DNA of 64,000 nucleotides from Octopus sinensis. Lineage: Eukaryota. The stretch's first letter is position 1; every line of letters starts with the position of its first letter. Both the position numbers and the translations under genes were made by a program. The stretch is taken from contig NC_042998.1 of NCBI RefSeq assembly GCF_006345805.1, forward strand, positions 65,844,001 through 65,908,000. The letters are read 5' to 3'. Below are positions 53,980-64,000 of this stretch, in pieces. Below the pieces are notes generated by a model, which saw nothing but the letters and a program-made list of their open reading frames with translations, did not search any database and was not told the origin of the DNA.

Positions 53980-55589
53980 GTCATTCACGTCTAAAACTGA
54001 GGAGAATTTAATAAATAGCGATTATGGGGAGGTCAATGAACTTAGAACAGCTTAAACACGTACCATTGCTCTATACCACCAAGCAACAACAGACAATATA
54101 AATATACGTTACACAATATTGACAGTCTTTGTCCACAGCACAAAATACATCGTGGTACCTAGCAGTGAATGATCTGAGCTATTTGACAACAGTGATTTTA
54201 TCAACAGAAAGTGATGGATTTTTTAAAATTGTTAAATCCTTCTCAGCTTTCACTATTCGCTGAAAAATTCAAAAGAATATTTAAACGAACGAAAAGAATT
54301 ATCTTTTTATAAACACATACAGAAATGGAAAAGGAAGAGGTAATAATAAATTCGTAACATATCTTTAAAGAAGAAAATACTTTAAAAAAATCAATAAACC
54401 AGAGGAAGATTTACTTTACATATGCACAGTTAAATAGAAAAGTATGGAAATGCAAACAAAAGAAAACATACACACAATACGACTCTGCTAAAGGAAGTGT
54501 AAATAATCTATTCAGAAAATGGAAGACTTATCTTTCCATAATGAAATGAAAGAGGCGGGATTAAAAATAAAAAGATTATGAACTACATAATTAAGTAAAA
54601 CGTATAATGTCCATAAAAAAACATTCTGGGTGATAAAGAAAGGTTTAAAATATATCATCAAAAGCATGCCGGATTAGAAGTGGTGAAAATCGTAGCGCTT
54701 CTATCAAAACAAGTTATCTGGATCAAATACCAAAATATGTTTCAAGCCATAAACCAAAATGAAAAGAAATGAAAATATCACTGGAACGTTCAACATCCTC
54801 ACATGAAACTCAAATATACCGGAGAGAATATGAAAATAAATATTTATCACAATAATAAAAAAAATCACAGTCTGGTAGAGCATAGGAAAAATAAATGATA
54901 GTGCAAATAATATGTGCCAAACCATGCAATAAATACGCTAAAGAATTAATAAATGCATGAAATAGGAAAACACTCGGGATTTAAGAGATTCCTCAGACCG
55001 TGGATTAAGAAGCGTTAGTATATTCCTGAATGGTAGTAACATTCTGCAAAGAGGAAGTATGAGGAGAATCTGTGTTTGACGGGCAACGAATGAATAAATA
55101 ATATTAATTCCTCTCTCAAATATCAGATCTTCAATGTTTTAAGCAACAAACAAAACATTTTCTGAGCAGTGTCCTTTACAATAGGCCAAAAAAGTAGAAA
55201 TAACGACGAAAATTGCAATATTACAACGGTAACACTCCTTATTTTATAAGAACAAATTGTAGAAAACAATTTTCAGAATGACTTGAACTGAATAAAGAAG
55301 TAGATTTTCTAAGTATAACACGCTATTTTATGATAGAGATATATCATATTTAAACGGCTGTGTGAATTATAAATTCATCGATTTCTAACTGTAAAATGGC
55401 ATATGATGGATACTAATCCCCTTGCCACAAACAACAAAGTGATATTCTGTACATTTTCCACCCGACATTATAACTCAATTGAAACTCCATTGTGGAGCAG
55501 GATTTTTGTCCTTGGGTAGCAACTGTTATTTCCTATTTGCTTACCCTAAGAAAGTATGAAAAATGGCTATTTCCTTCAAACATAGGCCC

Positions 55590-55720
55590 ACAGCCATAGA
55601 TTTTGGTAGAAGGGACACGTCAATTACATAGACGCCAGAGGTCAATTGGTACTTATTTCACCTAGACCAAAAATCATAGGCAGAGTCGACATCGGCAGAA
55701 TTTGAACTCAGATAGGAAGC
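55590..55720 (-). mobile_element. Degenerate SINE family 2
   Basis: ggtacttattt...ggcagagtcgacatcggcagaatttgaactcaga. Confidence 0.65.
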
Positions 55721-56263
55721 AGTGTTTAGCAAGGTTTGCTTAAAGTACTGCCATAGCCATTTCCTTCCATTTGGAATCACGAAAGTTGGCAAGTCGGCTT
55801 ACTAGATGTCTTGTAACGATAAATTAAAATTACAATACGCTAGGATAATTATAATTACTTCTCCGGAGATAGTCTCAAAGCTTCTGGAATGCACCACACA
55901 GAGCGCATGGCCTAGTGGTTAGGTTATGCACTCACGATCGATAGATCGTGGTTTAAATTCAGAGCCATAACTATAATCCTAACCCTAAACATAACTATTT
56001 CACTTCGCTTTCCTCTGTGATTACTTGGATACCGTTAGGTATACAAGTTTTCAACCTGCTCAGAAAATGTCGATTTGGTGGAGAGAGTGAGTAAAATACG
56101 TACATTCGATAAACTATAAACAAACCATTTTAGCAGGTGATACTTCGGTTTCTTCCTCTAATTTAGTTTTGTACACGATTCCTTTTTCTTGAAACCGAAC
56201 TTGGTGCTTTACTGTTTAGGTACCTGATTCACTTGAATCATGAACTTATATATATATATGTTC

Positions 56264-56298
56264 CTTTCTGTTGAAGAGCGTAGGCTCGAAACGTTAAA
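56264..56298 (+). ncRNA. Hammerhead-like motif with A6 to U, at the start of a repeat tail
   Basis: CTTT-CTGTTGA-A-GAGC gtag GCTC-GAA-ACGT-T-AAA. Only 3 bp of stem I. Confidence 0.4.
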
Positions 56299-56440
56299 TA
56301 ATTTTTCACTTCCCGAGCGTTAAATTAATACATATGTTTGTTGTCTACACCACCTGTCTTCGTCTTTTCTTTTTTGTGTGTGTTTTCTACCTGTCTCTCT
56401 CTCTGTCTCTCTCGCTCTCTCTCCCCGTTTCTCTCTCTCA

Positions 56441-56491
<51 letters not shown>

Positions 56492-58158
56492 TAGCTGACG
56501 TACACGTTAAAGAGAAAATTACCATTAATAAGATGTCTGTTTAAAGCCATGAAATATTTCTCGTCAAATGTCGAGATTTTTCAAAAATTCAAAATCTGTG
56601 TTAATGATTAGGACTACTTTGAGCAAAGTCCGGTAGCGAACCTGTGTCGTCGTCATTTTTGTGCATGTGCTTTCGGACAGACTTCGTCAAATTTACGTCA
56701 CGATGACTAGAGTGCAAAATGCCTAAATTTTGTTTGAGAAATAAAAAAGTTCTTACCTAATCAAAACCTGAAACGCTAGGGAATTAAAACGACGAATTGA
56801 AATAATAAGTTTTAGTAAATCAAAACAATTTACATTGAAACGAAGAATTAGCAAATGCTAAATACATTATCGTTAATAAGCCTGTCTTTTTATAGCCATG
56901 AAACATTTTCGTCAAATTTCGGTATTTTTCGTGAAAATGATGTCACAATGCCTAGTGCGAAAAATGCCGAATTTTACGATATTTGAAACATCGATGCTAA
57001 TTTAAATCGATTTTTTTTTAAATTCCAAGTGCGTAAGTGAACCCATGGGCATACGCCCCACACACGTGTCAAGTTTGATCAAGGTCTGTTTGATAGTCCC
57101 GGAGGAATTAAAGTAAAACATTGAACAACACATAAAGTTGCCATTTATTATTATAGATGTTTGTGTGTGTGTGTGTGAATGCCAACCGCTAATATATTGA
57201 AACCACGATAAAGGAAGCAAATGGCCTTGAAGTACATTTTAAACTAACGGAGAAAACATTCGAACATAGCCTCAAAAAAAATAGTAGATCGCATCATGCA
57301 AACAGCTGCATGATATAGTATCTGTATTCTTGATGAATTGTGTTGCGTCGAACCAACTGTAGAGAAATATATATAAATATCCGACTGTGTTCTTTCCTGA
57401 TACCTGTTTCTTCAAATATATATATATATATATATAGTTAATCCAAACATGAAAACACAAAGAGAAAAGACAACAATGCGAGGACATGGAACAAGTATAG
57501 TATTATTGGACGCTCAGGAAGGAAGGGAAGAAGAAGGGTTCAACATTTCGAGCGGAGCTCTTCATCAGAAACATAGGAAAAGGAAAGATCCAAGGAAAGG
57601 AAGACGGCGGAAAAAAAAAATCGGCAACGGTACACACGCGGTCACATTTTGAATCATACTTATATATATTTGATTTTCGGTACCGTCATTTGTTCTTTGC
57701 AAATAATCACACGCACTATATATCTGTTCCTTACTCATTTATTACGGTTCTTAATTGTTTTCCTTTTAACTAATTTCCAATGTCCAGAAAACTTTCGTCA
57801 CACGTATGTGAACACTTCAGCGACACTTTTCGTTTTTGTATGCGCTTTTGCTCCAATTACTTGGATATATTGTGTGTGTGCTTATTTGGCAAAATAAACG
57901 ACCATCCAGAAATACAACAATATCAGTTTCAACACACGATCTCACATCAGGAATTTTGCAATGCATATTGTTAAACGTAAATATACATACATATATACAT
58001 ACATATATACACATATATATATATATACATATTTGAAAGAGGAAGTGTGAGGTCACTAGTAGTTCTAATTAATTAATTTCATTCTCTAATAGTTAAGTTT
58101 TTAGACTTTGTACCTCACTGCACCAAGGACTTCCCACATTTCCAACACACTCACACAC

Positions 58159-58190
<32 letters not shown>

Positions 58191-58229
58191 TATATATATA
58201 TATGACTGTATGTGTGTGTGTATACACAA

Positions 58230-58264
<35 letters not shown>

Positions 58265-58380
58265 AATATATATATATATATATACATATATATTTGTATA
58301 AATACACATATATACTTATATATATATATATATATGAGTATATACATATGTATAAATATATACATATGCTTATATATATG

Positions 58381-58411
<31 letters not shown>

Positions 58412-58415
<4 letters not shown>

Positions 58416-58981
58416 GAATAAATGAAAGAATGGAGTCGAACGAAGATGTTAACAAAATTCCTTTACTCTCGACATATGTTTCGAAGACAACATTGTTTCA
58501 TTCCAAAGGAATAAAGGGTGCATTATGCAATCTTCTCATCAGGAAAGAAAGGGACCCTCTCTCGACAACAAGACGAACAAAAATTTCGATTACTGTCTAC
58601 ATGGTAAACAAAACGATAATTAGTGTTTTTAAAAAAACCGTTAGAATAATTGACGTCAAAGATAGATAGTAGGAAGAGAAGGATTAAAAGAATAATAGGT
58701 AGGGAACAAGTGGAGAGGGAAGGGTACGTTGATTGAAAGAATGTTAGAAGACTTTGGAAATAATTTCGCTATTGAAGTGGAGTGCACGTTAAGCTAATTG
58801 TTCAAACCACAGTGACTATCGTTATCATCTATGTGAGTAAAAAGTATGTTTCTGTCAGTGTTTACATTTGTATGATTTTTCTGAGTGTGTTTACAAGGGG
58901 AACCTTAGAGGAGAGAATATGGAAGAGATCAGAGTTTTGTTAACATCTTCGTTCGACTCCATTCTTTCATTTATTCATATA
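58412..58981 (-). mobile_element. Non-autonomous Penelope-type element with an inverted copy of its 3' tail at the 5' end
   Basis: 58412-58454 is the reverse complement of 58937-58981. Hammerhead just inside the left end. Homologous to the 28709-29034 arms. Confidence 0.8.
58460..58552 (-). ncRNA. Canonical-core type I hammerhead ribozyme
   Basis: CCTTT CTTTC-CTGATGA-GAAGATTGCAT...ATGTTGTCTTC-GAA-AC atat GT-C-GAGAG t AAAGG. G10.1-C11.1 pair, GUC triplet, stem I 5 bp + bulge + 5 bp. Confidence 0.8.
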
Positions 58982-59130
58982 CAACACACAAATTTCTGCA
59001 CATGAACCCAGAGTTTCTACCCTTGGACAGGTCGCTTCAACCGTGTTTCTGACGGGAAGTTGCTACCCTGGTTTCGGTTCAACGAACTTTCCATGCTGAC
59101 GATAAACATAGGATAATTCATTCACCTATT

Positions 59131-59229
<99 letters not shown>

Positions 59230-60443
59230 TGTATTTACTAATGATTATGATTTAAACCAAGTTGTTTTCCACATTAGGATATATAGTGTAAATAGCGCAC
59301 GATTCCGTAGAATCTCTGTACCTAATATAATTTTATGATTAAATGTTTCTGTATTAACAGAATATAGAAAAGAATGAGAATGAAATACGTCACTCTCTGA
59401 GAAACAGAATATGAATTATGGACGCAGAATTTGTGTATTGAGGCATTCAGATTTGTATGAACTAGAAATGCAAAGCGAAGCTCGACTGCTATGGAGATAT
59501 ATTCCAGTCCTATACAAATAAATTGTGTTATTTTGTTCAATGCTGTAAAATTTTCTGCAATTTATCATCCTGAACGTGGTAGATACAAATATGCACCAAA
59601 TTGTTTAAAATTTTGGCGTAAACCCAACAATTTCTGGGGGTGGGAGCTAGTTAATTATTTTAATTCCATTTCTTATTTTTACGTCCCGAAATGTTGAAAA
59701 TCAAAATTACGTCAGCGAAATTTGAAAACACAACGTAATAATTCGGAAAAATACCGTAAAAGCACTTTTTCCCGATATACTGGCGTTTCTGTCTGTGCGC
59801 CAGCTCAACATAATCGCACATACACGTACACACACGAGCACATGAAACATTACACTATTATTTGAATTATTAATGACATTTAAGATAAATTTAGCTGCGA
59901 AGTTTTAGAATAATGTTTTGTTTTCTCCTATTCTAAAATCAGTTTCTGTAAATTGTACGCATGCAATTTGTTAAAACACATATTATTCAATTTTTTTAAG
60001 AAATGGATTAATTAGAGAATGTCCATGATAAAGTTTCCGTTTTGAGAAATTTAGAAATGTCGTAATATCAAACCGAACGGAAATGAATGTTTGCAAAACA
60101 ACGAACAGTAAACTCCATAATAATATCCAAAATATTTGTTGATATATAAAGAATATGAACGCTGAAAGACATTTGTCGAATGTTCATGTAATATTTATTG
60201 TTTATGCATAAAAGTTTCACTTCTATCCCTATATAAATATCGCATGTTTAATCTCACTATCTCACTCACATAAACATATGAGCGCACAGAAACACACACA
60301 CGCACATAGACACACATGCACACGGGTATATGCGTATATTATGTGTTTGACTGCTTATATGGGTTTGGTTGTGTATGCCATATGTGATATGTATATGCGT
60401 ACAGGCGCTGTTCACGTTCGTATACGTATATACATACATATAT

Positions 60444-60516
<73 letters not shown>

Positions 60517-60683
60517 CATATATATATATATATACATATATATATAATAATATACGAATATAATATACAGAATATATCTGTATATATATATAATATACAT
60601 TATATATATAAATACACACACATACATACTTAATACATGCGTATATACACATATATATCTATATCTATCTTTCTTTTTTAGCC

Positions 60684-63600
60684 ATGTTGAACATGGCAAA
60701 AGAGATACACAAAAACATTCTAGCCATCACTCAACACCATCCTATGCTATACCCCAGTGCACCAATTCCCCACATTGCTGCCACTAACACACACAAAAAA
60801 TCAAGCCCCCTGCAACAGTCAAAACCAGCCACTACACTAACCTCCACATTCCTACTCAATGCACAAGGTGTCAGCCTTCCATCAATGCACAAAAATGGAA
60901 GGTCCAATTCATTGAAGACTGGGTTGGTAACCATTCACACCACATCCCTTTCTTCATTCTCACTGAGACCCACCTTGACAACTCCCACTTGGAACCGAAG
61001 TGAGAGTGAAGAATTTCACAACCATCCGCGCGGATCGTATCGGCAGGAGGAAGGGTGGAACTGCCATTTTCCTGCATGATTCATTTACGGCAGATGGAAA
61101 TAGTATATTCTCCAACGGCTACTGTGAATCAGTCACCGTGCACAACAAAGCCAATGACCTGACAGTAATTGGGCTCTATAGGCCGCCCCAAACACCCATA
61201 CTGTGCTTTAAGAATGCCTCAACAGCATTAAGTGCTTTATTCAACAGTGCCATTCTAGCAACATACTCATGATGGGAGACTTCAATCTACCCTGTGTTGA
61301 CTGGACTACAAACTGTTTGAAAACAAGCACTCCCGCCTCAACCGCTGACAAAGAAGCAGCAGAGTCACTTTTCGACTTTACGAATGAGTTTTTCTTGTCC
61401 CAACTTGTCCTTGCACCAACAAGACATCAGAACATTTTGGACCTAGTGTTTAGTAACCACACTAACACTATACATAACGTTACAGTGGAAAAAACCCTTC
61501 TTTCAGACCATGACATGGTTCTCTGTAACATGAAATTCCACCAGCCGAAAGCTAATCCTAGTGACCTCCCTCCAGCCCACCCATTTGACAACATGGATCT
61601 CCATAATGCCCCAAGGGATGCAATCAGGAACGAGCTATCACATGTTGACTGGTCCTTTACACATACACACATCTCCACCAACCATAAAACATCTTGGCAG
61701 ATCTTGTAGACACCGTCACAGACATATGTGCAAAACACTCCCCACCAAGACCTGTGAACAAAAAGTGCAGAATCCCCCAAAACAGAAAAACCATTATCAG
61801 AAAAATAAAAAGAACAAACAAAAAAATTAACAAACTAAAGTACTGCCAACAGCAACACACACATTCGACGGCTATCGCACTGCTTGAATCTAAAAAAATA
61901 TAACCTCCAACAATGCATGAAGACCCTCATCAATAACCAAAGATCAGCTGAGGAGAAGTGGGCCATTGAAAAAATCAAACTCAACCCCAAAGTGTTCTTT
62001 TCCTTTGCGAGGAAACGCAGGGTCACTGTCTCCACTGTAGGCCCTCTAATTGACGAAACTGGCACTCTCCAAGATAATGCCAAATCCATGGCCGAGATAC
62101 TGCAGAAACAATACTGCTCTGTTTTCAGCAATCCTGATATGGCCGATCTGGGCTGTATCAGTGATGTCAACCCCCAAAACACTATATCGGACATAACGTT
62201 TAGTGCCCCTGATGTCTTAGCGGCGATAAACGAAATAAAACACAATTCAGCAGTAGGCCCCGATAGGTTCCCTGCTTGTGTCCTGAAGGTGTGTCGACAC
62301 CAACTTGCATCTCCCCTTGCTAATCTGTGGAGAAACTCACTGGATGCTGGCTATATTCCAAAAACCTTCTGTCCCAGTCTGTTTGTCCCAGTTTTCAAAA
62401 AGGGAAACAAGTCCCTTGCAGTGAATTACCGTCCGATCTCACTCACCTCTCATATCATCAAGATATTTGAGAGGGTGGTGAGATCTCGAATAACCCAATT
62501 TCTGGAAAGCAACAGACGGCTGATCTCCAACCAACATGGGTTCCGTAATGGAAGGGACTGCCTAACGCAGCTCCTGCATCACTTTGAGGACATTTTGAGA
62601 GCTTGGGAGAGGGCTCCAACACCGATGTCATCTACCTTGATTTCAGTAAGGCCTTCGACAGGGTCGATCACAAGATCCTATTGAAAAAACTATCCAACAT
62701 TGGTGTCTCTGGAAAGTTACTGAAATGGATCAAGTGTTTCCTGACAGACAGATCTCAACATGTTGTAGTTGAAGGGAGGTAAAATCAAGCCCAGCCAAAG
62801 TCAGTAGTGGCGTTCCGCAAGGCTGTGCTGGGCCCACTTCTTTTCATCATTACATTAATGACATTAATGACATCATCAAGCACAGCAACATAAAAATCTT
62901 TGCAGATGACTCCAAGCTACAGAAGGTCATAAATGAGGCGAGTGACCGGACATGCCTTCAGTCAGATCTACTGGCTGTTATCCAATGGGCAGAAAAAAAA
63001 CAATATGCTGCTGAACGAGGATAAATTTGAGCTAATCCACTTGGAAAAGAGGATGCCCTGAAACTCCCATACTCCCTTCCTTCAGGTGAAACTCTCGCGG
63101 CGTCCAACAACATCAGAGACTTGGGAGTAATTGTGGACAACAACGTAAGCTGGGCCACTCATATAAACACCAAAGTTGACATGGCCCGCAGAATGTGTTC
63201 CTGGATTCTCAGAACTTTCCAGTCGTGAGATATCCACACCATTATCCTTCTCTTCTCCACTTTTGCCCGACCCCACCTTGAATACTGTTGTCCACTGTGG
63301 TCTCCCCACACAATAAAAGTTGAAGCACCTCAAAGGGCAATCACAAAAAAGATAGATGGCATGACAGGCCTCGACTATTGGGGTCGACTAGAAAAGCTAA
63401 AACTCTATTCTCTCCAACGTCGTCGTGAGCGCTACATCATCTGCATGATGTGGAAAATATTCCATCAGCATTGCCCAAATGATGTTGGCATCACCTTCAA
63501 GGTACATCCAAGGCTTGGGCCCCGTGCCATCCGCCCAAAACAAAAATCGCACTCTCATCTCATAACAACAATACGGCACAATTATTTCACCTCAATTGGC

Positions 63601-63873
63601 CCCGCTCTCTTTAACATTACACCAAAACACATTAAAACAGAAACTGACCCTATAGGGTTCAAGAAGTCTTTGGACAGATTCCTTCAAGAAATCCCGGATA
63701 AACCCCCTACACCCGGATATGTCTCTGTAAACAATAACTCTCTACTTGAGTGGGCCATAGTGCCCAAATCTGACTTGAAAGACTTCACCAGGTGGTGCTA
63801 TTTGCTATTAAGTTGACATGGCCTGGGCCAATAATGGCCGAAACCTATCAAAGTATCAAAGTATCAAAGTATC
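60684..63873 (+). mobile_element. CR1-group LINE, 5'-truncated, APE endonuclease + RT (ORF2) with multiple frameshifts
   Basis: LLNAQG, RADR..GG.AIF, IGLYRPP, MGDFNLP, LDLVF, SDH (APE). YRPISLTSHIIKIFERVV, QHGFR, SGVPQG..LGPLLF, FADDSK, RDLGV, RPHLEYC, YSLQRRRER (RT). 3' stem-loop and (TATCAAAG)3 tail. Confidence 0.93.
63826..63873 (+). other. LINE 3' terminal stem-loop and 8-nt tandem tail
   Basis: GGCC-aataat-GGCC followed by GAAACC(TATCAAAG)3TATC. Confidence 0.65.
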
Positions 63874-63889
63874 TATCTATCTATCTATT

Positions 63890-63966
<77 letters not shown>

Positions 63967-64000
63967 GTATATATATATATATACATGCGTAATGTGCACG

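Noticed and set aside
54300-55130. Very old LINE remnant (A-rich strand; also 17000-17760)
   Set aside because: No motif could be read reliably.
63810-63850. GGCC-loop-GGCC-GAAAC at the LINE end as a hammerhead
   Set aside because: No core upstream; better explained as the LINE 3' recognition stem-loop.

Overview
AT-rich, microsatellite-dense eukaryotic DNA. Its tRNA-derived SINE families, Dong/R4, CR1-type and Penelope-like relics suggest a cephalopod, most likely Octopus (inference from repeat content). No intact host gene could be identified with confidence, and most listed ORFs are microsatellite translations. Main result: a 564-bp tandem array (24671-27490) carries one type I hammerhead ribozyme fold per unit and ends in a head-to-head fold-back arm, the architecture of a retrozyme or ribozyme satellite. 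At least four other unrelated repeat families also carry minimal hammerhead folds with palindromic loop III (ACGT, ACATGT, ACATATGT), including a U3-A8 covariant core and a tRNA-headed SINE. Several insertions are head-to-head palindromes, and two decayed Penelope-like RT/GIY-YIG elements may represent the mobilising family. All folds were derived by eye and none has been tested.
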